Positions 55,304 to 64,000 of a DNA stretch of 64,000 bases are shown here, piece by piece. The stretch comes from Acidobacteriota bacterium. GTDB taxonomy: Bacteria; Acidobacteriota; UBA6911; RPQK01; JAJDTT01. A program made the position numbers and the translations under genes. The notes under the pieces were generated by a model. That model did no database searches. It was not told the origin of the DNA and saw only the letters and a list, made by a program, of their open reading frames with translations. Location of the stretch: NCBI GenBank assembly GCA_965217775.1, contig CBDCJH010000002.1, positions 5,376,001 through 5,440,000 of the forward strand. The letters run 5' to 3'. Position 1 is the first letter of the stretch. The number at the start of each line of letters is the position of its first letter.

Positions 55304-58075
55304 ATGCCCCTGATCCTATTGTTCGGTTTGATTCTGGTTCTCACGGGCTCGCCGCTTTGGGGAGCCGATAAAGACCCCGCCGCCATCGTCGATTCCTTGG
55401 CCAATCTTCGGTTTGATGAGCTGGGACACCCCCAGATTCAAACCGACTCGATTCGTCCGGTTCGCAGCAGTCCCGAACGGCCTCACCGGCTGCTCATCAT
55501 CCCCGTCCAGTTCTCCGACCTCCGCTTCGAGCGCTTCCGGGGAGAGCCGGATGCCGAGCAGAAGAACCGCCGTTACCTGCAGGAGCTGCTCTTTTCGGAG
55601 AATCTCCGGCAGCCCCGCCGGAAGACCCTGACCCACTACTATTATCACCAGTCTCGGGGGAGGTTTTACGTGACCGGGACGGTCTTCTCTCTGGTCACCG
55701 TGGACAAACCTCTGTCTCACTACGGTCGTCCCTCCCGCCAGTCGGACGGGGAATGGCGCAACGACAACTCGCCCGAGAGTCTGGTGGAGGACGCCTTCCG
55801 CGCCGCCTATGCGGCTCGACCCGATTTCCCCTGGGGGGACTTCGACGTCTGGGACCCGACCGATTACGACGGCGACGGGATCTCGGAGGAACCGGACGGC
55901 TACATCGATCACTTCGTCCTGGTCTATGCCGGGAAGGGCCAGTCCTCGTGCCAGGGCCTCTACAAGCTCTCGGAGAAGTTCACCGCCAACGCGCCCGCCG
56001 ACCTCGTGGACAAGCTCAGTCCCAGAGAACGGGAGTGCGCCGACCGGATCTGGCCCCACCGTTACGCCCTGAGCAAGAACCTGGGCCGGGGTCCGGTGCT
56101 GGAGGGCATCACCAACGATCGGGGCGGGATTCCGGTTCGCGAGGGACTCTGGGTCTACGACTACAACATGCAGTCCGAGTACACCTCCGTCTCCACCTTC
56201 ATCCACGAATTCGGCCATTCCCTGGGATTGCCGGACATCTACGCTCGCCGGACCAACAACTCCACCGCGGCCTGGGACGCCATGAGCAGCACGGCGGGAA
56301 GGTTCCCGCAGGAGCTGAGCGCGTGGTCCCGGATGATGCTGGGTTGGCTGGAGCCCTGCATGCTTCGACCCCCGGAATTCGGGGGATCCGGGAGCCGCTC
56401 GGTTCACCTCAAGACCATGAACGACTGGTCCGGTAAACCCGGCGGGAGTCGGGCCCAGGGAATCTGCGACGCTGTCATGGTGATCCTGCCGCCCAAGGTC
56501 CGGGCCTTGGACCTGGGGCCTCTGACCTCCCGCCAACAGCGGCAGGCCGTCTACACGGGGCAGGGAAACGAGATGAATCGATTCCTCTCCCGGACGTTCG
56601 ACCTGACCGACGTCCGGGAAAAGCCCATCCTGGAGTTCGACCTCTGGTTCGAGATCGAAGGAGACTACGACTATCTCTACCTGGAGGCTTCGACCGACGG
56701 GTTGAACTACCAGCGCCTTCTGCCCACGGACAAGGATTCGGCAAAAGACTCCCAGAGCATCATGCCCTCCCGCAAGGGTCATGACGGCGACGGCACCCTC
56801 CCCGGCTTCACGGGGCGAAGCGGCGATCTGGACGCCGACGGCAAGGTGGAATCGGCACCAGGGTGCGATCCGTCTCGTCCCAAACAGTTGGCCGAGGACC
56901 GGGTGGGCGGAGAGAAAGATCCGTGTGAGATCGGGCAATGGATTCGTGCCCGCTTCGACTTGTCGGCCTACCGGGGCAAGAAGGTGGAGATCCGTTTCTA
57001 CTACTTCACCGACATGGCCGCCGTGGAGGCGGGAGCCATCATCGACAACGTCAAGCTCAAGGCCCTGGGGTTCTCCGAGGATTTTGAAGGTTCCGAGCTG
57101 ACCGGGTGGGAGGTGGAAGGGTTCAGTCTATCGGGAGGCGTCCACCGGCTCCCGGTCCCCCACTTCTACGTGCTGGAGTACCGGGACCCGTGGCAGGACT
57201 TCGAGACGGCCTTCAACTACGACAGCACGCTGCGCCGCGAGTCGCAGGTCTTCTATCGGGACCCGGAAAGGGGCGAATTTCGGGCCTTCGATGTCCGCTA
57301 CCGGCCGGGCGTGGTGCTCTGGTACGCCAACGGGTCTTTCCTCTGGAGCCAGAACGAACCCTCCATGCAGGGTCCGGGCCAGGGTTTTCTGTTGGTGGTG
57401 GACTCCAACCCTCAGGAGTTTCGATATCCGGCCGTGCCGGGGCAGTATTTCAAGCGCGAGCAGGACCGAAGCTACTATGAGTTCGACGAAAAGGCCCAGG
57501 AATGGCTCCGCCGGAACTATCTGGACCTGCTCTGTTTCCAGCGTCGACCGGAATACTTCCCCCCCGACCTGCCGGAGCGAGACCGGGCGGCATGCCGCCC
57601 GGGGGAGGACGGACCGCCTCTGGAACGTCTCCGGTTTCAGGACAAGAAGCTGATCTATGGATACACGCTCTACAATGAGTTGTTGCCGGGACCGGACCGG
57701 GAGCCCTACCGCGGAACCACCAACCTGGTCGACATTCGTCTACGAAAGAACCGTCTGACATATCGTCTCTACGATCGGCTGTTGCGCTCTTTTCACTCGG
57801 CGGACGCGCCATTCGCCCTGGAGCCGTTCCGGCAGGGGATCGTCCTCTATCGACAGGACCAGGGGCAGATGGTCCGGTTCGACGGCGTCGACTTTCCGGC
57901 CCTCCACGAGTTCAGCGACTCCGATCCGGCGCGCTACCTCAACCCGCACCTACCCTTCGGCAGCGCCCGGGTCCCCACCTCCGGATTGGGTTTTCGCCTG
58001 GTGCGGCCCGGCCCCGACGCTCCTGACGGGGCGAAAGTGAAGGTGGAGTTGAACTGGAGCCGTTCCGGCGAATAG
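55304..58075 (+). CDS. M6 family metalloprotease (immune inhibitor A-like)
   Basis: Signal peptide; DYDGDG...EPDGYIDHF, IWPHR, HEFGHSLGLPD and EIEGDYDY motifs. Confidence 0.92.
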   Translation: MPLILLFGLILVLTGSPLWGADKDPAAIVDSLANLRFDELGHPQIQTDSIRPVRSSPERPHRLLIIPVQFSDLRFERFRGEPDAEQKNRRYLQELLFSENLRQPRRKTLTHYYYHQSRGRFYVTGTVFSLVTVDKPLSHYGRPSRQSDGEWRNDNSPESLVEDAFRAAYAARPDFPWGDFDVWDPTDYDGDGISEEPDGYIDHFVLVYAGKGQSSCQGLYKLSEKFTANAPADLVDKLSPRERECADRIWPHRYALSKNLGRGPVLEGITNDRGGIPVREGLWVYDYNMQSEYTSVSTFIHEFGHSLGLPDIYARRTNNSTAAWDAMSSTAGRFPQELSAWSRMMLGWLEPCMLRPPEFGGSGSRSVHLKTMNDWSGKPGGSRAQGICDAVMVILPPKVRALDLGPLTSRQQRQAVYTGQGNEMNRFLSRTFDLTDVREKPILEFDLWFEIEGDYDYLYLEASTDGLNYQRLLPTDKDSAKDSQSIMPSRKGHDGDGTLPGFTGRSGDLDADGKVESAPGCDPSRPKQLAEDRVGGEKDPCEIGQWIRARFDLSAYRGKKVEIRFYYFTDMAAVEAGAIIDNVKLKALGFSEDFEGSELTGWEVEGFSLSGGVHRLPVPHFYVLEYRDPWQDFETAFNYDSTLRRESQVFYRDPERGEFRAFDVRYRPGVVLWYANGSFLWSQNEPSMQGPGQGFLLVVDSNPQEFRYPAVPGQYFKREQDRSYYEFDEKAQEWLRRNYLDLLCFQRRPEYFPPDLPERDRAACRPGEDGPPLERLRFQDKKLIYGYTLYNELLPGPDREPYRGTTNLVDIRLRKNRLTYRLYDRLLRSFHSADAPFALEPFRQGIVLYRQDQGQMVRFDGVDFPALHEFSDSDPARYLNPHLPFGSARVPTSGLGFRLVRPGPDAPDGAKVKVELNWSRSGE

Positions 58076-58087
58076 CCGTCCGGTTCT

Positions 58088-58163
58088 CCGCTTCAGTCGG
58101 CGCAGGGAATGAGCAGTTTCTGACCGGGGCGGATCACGGTGCTGCTCAGACCGTTGTAGAGCA
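58088..58163 (-). repeat. Displaced copy of the 3' end of the LysM transglycosylase gene (att-like)
   Basis: 72/76 identical to 60857-60932; encodes LYNGLSSTVIRPGQKLLIPCAD*. Confidence 0.92.
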
Positions 58164-58201
58164 GGGGTCGAATCAAAGGGACGCTGGATGGGCTCCACAG
58201 G

Positions 58202-58381
58202 ACGGAGGCGCGGGTGCGGTCGCACCCGTTCCTGTGCCTTTTGTTCTACTACGTGGAGTGGCATCTGCGGCGAGCCCCGGCTTCGTCGCGTATCGATGAC
58301 GAGGACATGGACGCGCACCGGACGCGACGGGCGATGGAGTTGGTCCAAGCGTTCCCAGTGCAGACGAAGGCGGGTGATTGA
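58202..58381 (+). pseudogene. IS1634-family transposase C-terminal remnant
   Basis: Hand translation TEARVRSHPFLCLLFYYVEWHLRRAPASSRIDDED matches the recalled RVRAHVFLCMLAYYVEWHMR motif. Confidence 0.75.
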
Positions 58382-58721
58382 CGTACCCTTTTAGAATCAA
58401 CGGGTTGTCTTGTCTCTCTGCCTAGGACTTCGGCCTGCCTCTCACCGTGGAAGGATCTCCAACATTACAACCTTGCGATAGGAGACTACGAGAAGAATCA
58501 ATCCTGGGAGACGAGTCTGTTGCCCCTGAAAGAGCCACGTCGATGCCCGTCGTCGACGGTGCTGATCGCATCGCGACCACGGCCAAAGTTAACGGAAGTC
58601 CCGATTATCGGACCCTAGTGCTGGGTCGGGACTCCGCCGACATCGGTATCTCCAGTTATGGAACATTTGGACTGTGCGTCGATGCTTTGGAGCGCGAGGT
58701 CCGGGAACCCGACCGACGGCA

Positions 58722-59048
58722 TCACCGGTTGCGGAACATCTGGACTGCGCCTGCTATTCCAGCAGCGGCAGGTAATGCCGAAGCCAACGATGTGGGTATC
58801 GCCGTGAGAATGGCGACGAGGATTCCTTTTCCGGCTGCGAGGCCAAGGTCGTCCTGTGGTGATCCTCGGTGCTGTATGAGAATGACGGCGATGCCAAGAG
58901 CGACACCGATTGGGACCGATGCAATCCAACTGGTCCCAAGAGTTGCGACTGTGCCACCGAAGAGCATGTTATCAACTACCACTACTCCAGTTGCTGCCGC
59001 CGGGTGGATCCCGATGACACCCGATGTTCTTCCCCCACCAGTGCTCAT
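58722..59048 (-). CDS. Small hydrophobic hypothetical membrane protein
   Basis: 108 aa, Gly/Ala-rich hydrophobic segments; AT-rich upstream region. Confidence 0.6.
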   Translation of the reverse strand: MSTGGGRTSGVIGIHPAAATGVVVVDNMLFGGTVATLGTSWIASVPIGVALGIAVILIQHRGSPQDDLGLAAGKGILVAILTAIPTSLASALPAAAGIAGAVQMFRNR

Positions 59049-59123
59049 GGATCTCGATTTAAATAGAAGAATTACGCGCGGCCCTCGCGAAGCGAGTTTC
59101 TGCGGACCTTGGGGATGGCCGAC

Positions 59124-59312
59124 TCATGCGCTACGGACTCTCCCTGGACGGAGTCGCTTCGGCGGTTGGCGGACGTATTTTCGCCTAGAAGTTGTCTGTC
59201 TCGCCTGGATGTCCTTGAAGATGGCATCGACATCGTAATCGAACTGGGCAGCGTGATTGTCTCGTGCGGCTCTGACTTCAGCGATGATCGGGTCAGTCTG
59301 CGGCGTCTGCAT
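59124..59312 (-). CDS. Small partner protein of PIN toxin (putative antitoxin)
   Basis: DPIIAEVRAARD..A.QFDYD pattern; overlaps the PIN gene 3' end. Confidence 0.7.
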   Translation of the reverse strand: MQTPQTDPIIAEVRAARDNHAAQFDYDVDAIFKDIQARQTTSRRKYVRQPPKRLRPGRVRSA

Positions 59313-59787
59313 GGTCAGGCTCCATTAGTTCGTTGGGCGTGCATATAATCGGAGGCTCATATCCTGCCTGCCGGCAAACATGTTCAATCCTGGCTCGCAA
59401 GGCGGCGTTGGCGATGTGCCGGAAGTTCCACGTTACCAGATAATCGACGCCATTCGTAACCGCCGTGGCAATGTGGGCAGCATCTTCGGCAGCCTTGCGC
59501 GGCATCGCTCCCAGATTGAGAAACTTCCTTGTGAGCTCCGCTGCATCATCGGTTGCCTCAAGAAGCGTCACCGCTTCGAGTTCCGCCAAACGGGCGCGAG
59601 CGGCATCTGCATCACCAGCGGCCGCTTCTCGAATGACAAGCTCCGACGCAACGAGTTCGAATCTGGTTCGAGCTGTCCGCCACCACTCACGGGTCACTTG
59701 CTGATACGCTGCGACCACGATGTCTCGGGAAGGCAGAGCCGTCAGATAGCTGACTACAGAGGTTTCGATGTATACGGTGGGGAGCAT
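59293..59787 (-). CDS. PIN-domain (VapC-like) toxin
   Basis: VYIETSVVSYL, T.EWW, EDAAHIA, DYLVTWNFRHIAN and ICTPNEL motifs. Confidence 0.88.
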   Translation of the reverse strand: MLPTVYIETSVVSYLTALPSRDIVVAAYQQVTREWWRTARTRFELVASELVIREAAAGDADAARARLAELEAVTLLEATDDAAELTRKFLNLGAMPRKAAEDAAHIATAVTNGVDYLVTWNFRHIANAALRARIEHVCRQAGYEPPIICTPNELMEPDHADAAD

Positions 59788-59812
59788 CGTTGGTCCGTTA
59801 CCGAGCAGGTGA

Positions 59813-60742
59813 TCATGCTGCTTCGAAGTTGCTGGAGGAAGTCATTTCCAGTATGGCCGCGATGCGCCGCACAGTATGGGAAAAATATTCTACTTCCGAA
59901 GGTGAGAGGGGACGGCCGAGGATGGCATGCTCCCGGTATGAGAGCCATTTTTTCAGGACCTGGTAGCCGCCGAGCTTGTATTTCCAAACAGTGGCCGGCA
60001 CGTTGCGCCAAGAGGCGTTGTCATTCAAGTGAATGTCGAAGGTGACCCTGCCCAGCGTGGACCCAGTGTCGCCCAATGCGGCGCGTTCTTCGGGCGTATA
60101 GGGACGTTCCACGGCACGTCCCTGTCCCGGCATTACGGAATTGCCTGAACCAAAATGCCCCCATCCCGCAGCCAGTACGAAATCGCCTTGGGTCATGTTC
60201 CGCCCGTCGCTGGTGGTGGGCTTTGCTATGGTGGCGATCTCTGAACGCAGGGGGACTTCCGTCACCCCTGGGACCGAAGTCTTGGGGTCGAGCAGGGCGG
60301 CGAGGTTTCGGCCCCGAGCCACCAAGCGTGCGAACGCTTCCGCCGCATCTTCGGGCTGCCCATCGGGCCATCCCGGAAGTGGGATCCGCGGCCAGCCCAT
60401 CTTGAGTGCTCCAGCATTGCCAGCGCGGTAACCAGGGTCATGGAGAACGGCGAGAACGAAATGGAACAGGTCTTCCGGGCTCCAGCCACTACGTACAAGA
60501 TAGCCGTGCGCCTTCTCTGAAAGATTCGGTTGACGCACCTTGTTTACAGCGCTTCGGTGCCAGACGGGGAACATCAGCGCACCGCGTTCGATCAGATGCA
60601 ACGACGCCATATGTTCCGTGAAACAGGACTGCGGTTCTTCCCCACCTTTTCGCAGGTGTTGTGCCGCCGAGAGCCAATGGTTTCCATCAAACACGTGGGG
60701 CCTGTATTTAGCGCGTTTCTCGTCGAGTAATTTCGTGTCTTT
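59813..60742 (-). pseudogene. 5'-truncated Type ISP restriction-modification enzyme (C-terminal specificity region only)
   Basis: WPRIPLP and W.NVP..VW.YKLGGYQVLKKWLSYR motifs; methylase and helicase parts absent; upstream is AT-rich noncoding. Confidence 0.8.
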
Positions 60743-60856
60743 TGGTTTCAAAGAAAAGATAAAAAAACACTTACACAAAACCGAGGGCTTGAAACATGGG
60801 TCGAAGACGTGCCCCTACAGATCAGCCGTAACGGGTGCTTCGGGCCCTTGCGTACC

Positions 60857-60932
60857 CCGCTTCAGTCGGCGCAGGGAATGAGCAGCTTCTGGCCGGGACG
60901 GATCACGGTGTTGCTCAGACCGTTGTAGAGCA
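60857..60932 (-). repeat. Functional 3' end of LysM gene, duplicated at 58088-58163
   Basis: Direct repeat with 4 mismatches. Confidence 0.92.
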
Positions 60933-62028
60933 TGATCTGGTTGGGCCCTTCCACTCCGCAGTCTTTGAATTTCCTGGAGATTCTGAAGAGGGTGTCGCCA
61001 CTCCGGACCCGGTACTCGATGGCTTGTCCCGGGGCCGGATAGACGTTGGCCACGAAGCCGTGGAATTCCTCACGGAGCGGATGTTTCTCGATGCGCTCCC
61101 GGTAGGTTTCCTGGAAGATCCGGGGAATCGTCACCTCCTCCCCCTCCTTGAACCAGACCCGGATGCTGTCCCTGGAATTCAGATTCCCCAGGTTCCAATG
61201 GTCGGTGCCCAGCAGCAGCCCCAATTCCAGGTGATGGAGGCTGCGATCCAACGGGATCTTCAGCGTTCCCGGATCCAGCCGGGGAATGTTGATCCCGAAT
61301 CGTTCGGGAGCCAGACCCATGGCCGTGGCGGCCAGGACTCGCGGCACGTAGCGGCGGGTCTGGCGGGGGAGCCGGCTGGCGATTCTGCGAAACGCATTCG
61401 GGTTGGAGCTGTAACGGGCAAACTTTTGACCGGGGCCGTAGTTGTAGTCCACCAGCACCAGCTCCAGATTCCAGGCGAAGACCTTCACCAAATGGCCGAG
61501 GTACTCCAACTGCTTCTGCGTGGATTTGACGACGTCGAAATAGTCTCCTCCCCTCAGACCGTATCTTCGGCCCGCCCACTGCATCTGCCAGATGCCCTTG
61601 GCGTTGGCGTAGGAGACGCTGTAGTTGCGGTACAGGCTCTCCTGCAATCCCAGTCCGTACCCGAACTCCAACGGGATGCCCGCCTGCCGGTACAAGGGCC
61701 GAATGATGGGCTCCAGGAACTGAAAGCGGTTGGTCGCTCCCAGAAACGAGTCCCGGCCGTCGGTCAGCCAATAGAGGATTTCCCGTTTGACGTCGGACCG
61801 GTTCTCAATGTGGCGGAACAGGTCGTCCACCATGCCGTAGCGCCGGCGGCCCTCTTCTTCCGGAAGCACCCGATAGGAATCCGCCGCCGTTCCCGCACCT
61901 GGAAGGGGGCCCCCCGTCAATCCGCTCGCGAGGCTATGCGCCTCCGCGGCACAGGGTCCTGCCACCACGCCTGCGGCCGCCGCGCCGCATGCGTATTGGA
62001 GCAGGGAACGTCTCGACAGATCGTCCAT
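60862..62028 (-). CDS. Tat-exported lytic transglycosylase (SLT) with LysM domain
   Basis: SRRSLL Tat motif, QES...A.GIWQ catalytic motif, YN.GP, TRRYVPRV and C-terminal YRVRSGDTL...I.PGQKL.IP. Confidence 0.88.
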   Translation of the reverse strand: MDDLSRRSLLQYACGAAAAGVVAGPCAAEAHSLASGLTGGPLPGAGTAADSYRVLPEEEGRRRYGMVDDLFRHIENRSDVKREILYWLTDGRDSFLGATNRFQFLEPIIRPLYRQAGIPLEFGYGLGLQESLYRNYSVSYANAKGIWQMQWAGRRYGLRGGDYFDVVKSTQKQLEYLGHLVKVFAWNLELVLVDYNYGPGQKFARYSSNPNAFRRIASRLPRQTRRYVPRVLAATAMGLAPERFGINIPRLDPGTLKIPLDRSLHHLELGLLLGTDHWNLGNLNSRDSIRVWFKEGEEVTIPRIFQETYRERIEKHPLREEFHGFVANVYPAPGQAIEYRVRSGDTLFRISRKFKDCGVEGPNQIMLYNGLSNTVIRPGQKLLIPCAD

Positions 62029-62048
62029 AGGGCGATAGTAGCTCCGGG

Positions 62049-63209
62049 TCAGATGCCGGTCTCGGGGGTCTCCAGACGGGCGATCACAGCTTGCAGAAAG
62101 CGGGCGCCGACAGCGCCGTCCACGACCCGGTGGTCCTGGGACAGGCTCAGGTGCATGATTTCCCGAATCACGATCCGGCCCGAGCGCACGACCGGCCGGG
62201 GCGCGATCTTGTTAACGCCCAGAATGGCCACTTCGGGATAGTTGACGATGGGCGTGGCGACGATGCCTCCCAAGGCGCCCAGGCTGGTCACGGTGAAGGT
62301 GCCTCCCTGCAGATGCTCCAGCTTCAGGTTGCCCTCACGGGCCAACTGCGAGACCTGGGAGATCTCCCGGGCCACCTCCGGCAGGCTCTTCCGGTCCACG
62401 TTCCTGATCACCGGAACCATCAGCCCTTCTTCCGTCTGGGTGGCGATGCCGATGTTGTAATACTTGCGGAGTTCGATCTCTCCCGCGTGCAGGTCCAGAC
62501 GGGCGTTCAGATAGGGATGCCGTTTCAGCTCGTGGGCCAACGCCTTCAGGATGTAGGGGAGATAAGTGAGGCGGACTCCCTGAAACTCCTCGCTCCCTTG
62601 AGCCCTTTGGCGCATCCGGACCAATTCGGTCACGTCCACCTCTTCCACATAGGTGAAATGGGGAGCGTGGTTGGAGGCTTGGAGCATGTGGTCGCCGATC
62701 CGGCGCCGGATGCCGCGGTAGGGAACCCGTTCCGTCGGCCCGGCCGCGGCAACGGTCGGAGGCGTCTGGGCCCGGGTCAGGTCCTCTTTCGTGATCCGTC
62801 CGCCCGGGCCGGTGCCCTTGACCCGTTCCAGGTCGATTTTCATCTGTTTCGCCAGGCGCCGGAGGGCCGGGGTCGCCAGGATCCGCACCGTTTTTCGCCG
62901 CCGCGAAATCGGAGGCCTGCGAGGAGGTGGATGAGGCGCCGCGTGAACCGGCTCGGAGTCGACTTCGTCTTTGCCGGTATCGATCTCCACCAGCACCGAC
63001 CCGACCGGGACGACCTCTCCTTCCTTGCCTCCATGCTCCACGACGCGGCCCTTTACGGGAGAGGGGATCTCGACGGTGGCTTTGTCGGTCATGACTTCCA
63101 CCATCGGCTGATCTTCTTCGATCTCGTCGCCGATCCGAACCAGCCAGCGAACGACCTCGCCTTCCACGATGCCTTCGCCGATATCGGGGAGCCTGAATTG
63201 GTACGGCAT
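62049..63209 (-). CDS. 2-oxoacid dehydrogenase E2 (dihydrolipoamide acyltransferase, probably branched-chain)
   Basis: EVMTDKA lipoyl site, GTGPGGRIT and DHRVVDG motifs. Confidence 0.93.
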   Translation of the reverse strand: MPYQFRLPDIGEGIVEGEVVRWLVRIGDEIEEDQPMVEVMTDKATVEIPSPVKGRVVEHGGKEGEVVPVGSVLVEIDTGKDEVDSEPVHAAPHPPPRRPPISRRRKTVRILATPALRRLAKQMKIDLERVKGTGPGGRITKEDLTRAQTPPTVAAAGPTERVPYRGIRRRIGDHMLQASNHAPHFTYVEEVDVTELVRMRQRAQGSEEFQGVRLTYLPYILKALAHELKRHPYLNARLDLHAGEIELRKYYNIGIATQTEEGLMVPVIRNVDRKSLPEVAREISQVSQLAREGNLKLEHLQGGTFTVTSLGALGGIVATPIVNYPEVAILGVNKIAPRPVVRSGRIVIREIMHLSLSQDHRVVDGAVGARFLQAVIARLETPETGI

Positions 63210-63219
63210 AGGACTCTAC

Positions 63220-64000
63220 TCAGAATTCGACGATCTCGCGCAATCCATTCCGGATTCTTTCGATCCCAGGCAGGTAGTCTTCTTCGCGAGTGTAGGGGAA
63301 AGGGGTGTCGAAACCCGTGATCCGGGTCACGGGGGCCTGCAGGTGCAGGAGCGCCTTCTCCCCGACGGTCGCCGAGAGTTCCGCTCCGAACCCACAGGTT
63401 CTGGGAGCCTCGTGGACAATGACCAGGCGGCCCGTCTTCTGGACTGAGCTCAAGACCGTGTCGACATCGAAGGGCATCAAGGTTCTCAGATCCACCACTT
63501 CACAGGAGATCCCCTCTTCTTCCTCCGACTGATTCGCCGCTGCCAGGCAGTTGTGGAGCATGGCGCCGTAGGCCACGACGGTCACGTCCAGACCCTCCTG
63601 GACGACCTTGGCCTGACCCAGATCCACGATGTAGTCGCCGTCCGGAACTTCGCCCCGGGCCGCCCGGTAGACCCGCTTCGGTTCCAGGAAGATGACCGGG
63701 TTGTCATCCCGGATCGCCGAAATCAGAAGTCCCTTGGCATCGTAGGGAGTCGCCGGCACCACCACTTTGAGCCCAGGAGTGTGGACGAAATAGGCTTCGG
63801 GACTCTGGGAGTGATAGTGCCCTCCCCGGATGCCTCCGCCATAGGGCGTTCGGATCACCATGGGACACGTGTATTGGCCGCCGGAACGGTACCGCATCTT
63901 GGCCAGCTCGTTGACGATCTGATCGAAGGCGGGATAGATGAAGTCCGCGAATTGAACCTCGGGAACCGGGCGAAAGCCGTACATGGCCATGCCGATGGCG
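63220..64000 (-). CDS. 2-oxoacid dehydrogenase E1 beta subunit (5' part outside window)
   Basis: EVQFADF, GGGIRGGHYHSQSPE, FLEPK and VVDLRTL motifs. Confidence 0.94.
   Translation of the reverse strand, partial: AIGMAMYGFRPVPEVQFADFIYPAFDQIVNELAKMRYRSGGQYTCPMVIRTPYGGGIRGGHYHSQSPEAYFVHTPGLKVVVPATPYDAKGLLISAIRDDNPVIFLEPKRVYRAARGEVPDGDYIVDLGQAKVVQEGLDVTVVAYGAMLHNCLAAANQSEEEEGISCEVVDLRTLMPFDVDTVLSSVQKTGRLVIVHEAPRTCGFGAELSATVGEKALLHLQAPVTRITGFDTPFPYTREEDYLPGIERIRNGLREIVEF

Larger units (their letters stand above)
58164..60856. mobile_element. 2.7-kb accessory islet between duplicated gene ends
   Basis: Bounded by the 76-bp direct repeat; lower GC; carries R-M fragment, PIN toxin pair and IS remnant; no integrase. 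Confidence 0.75.

Noticed and set aside
58088-60932. 76-bp repeat as a diversity-generating retroelement template/variable pair
   Set aside because: Differences are not adenine-specific (coding strand A/G, T/C, C/T, G/A), are mostly synonymous, and no reverse transcriptase is present.

Overview
GC-rich bacterial chromosome segment. Gene content (DUF1501 plus PSD1 cytochrome c pair, PQQ-like propeller, FG-GAP repeat protein, tandem PhyH genes) suggests Acidobacteriota or a similar environmental or symbiont lineage; this is an inference. Most of the window is core metabolism and DNA repair: split methylmalonyl-CoA mutase, PduO, acyl-CoA dehydrogenase, EtfBA, 2-oxoacid dehydrogenase E1b/E2, ruvAB, mutY, pyrF, cysE, moxR-DUF58-tgpA, pgpA-cinA-thpR, and a yacG gene missing from the ORF track. 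There are two accessory islets. (i) ~52.3-55.2 kb: DUF4357 fusion, frameshifted DUF1640-like gene and AbiJ-like protein, bracketed by diverged direct repeats. (ii) 58164-60856: truncated Type ISP R-M gene, PIN toxin plus small partner, membrane protein and IS1634 remnant, lying between two copies of the last 76 bp of a LysM lytic transglycosylase gene. Other notable signals: a PhyH pair with non-canonical iron motifs (HxG and SQG), a 164-bp MITE family, GTAG-type REPs, a recurring leaderless-promoter pattern, and a candidate structured 5' leader. No rRNA, tRNA or CRISPR array was seen. All family calls come from motif recognition by eye; no database was searched.
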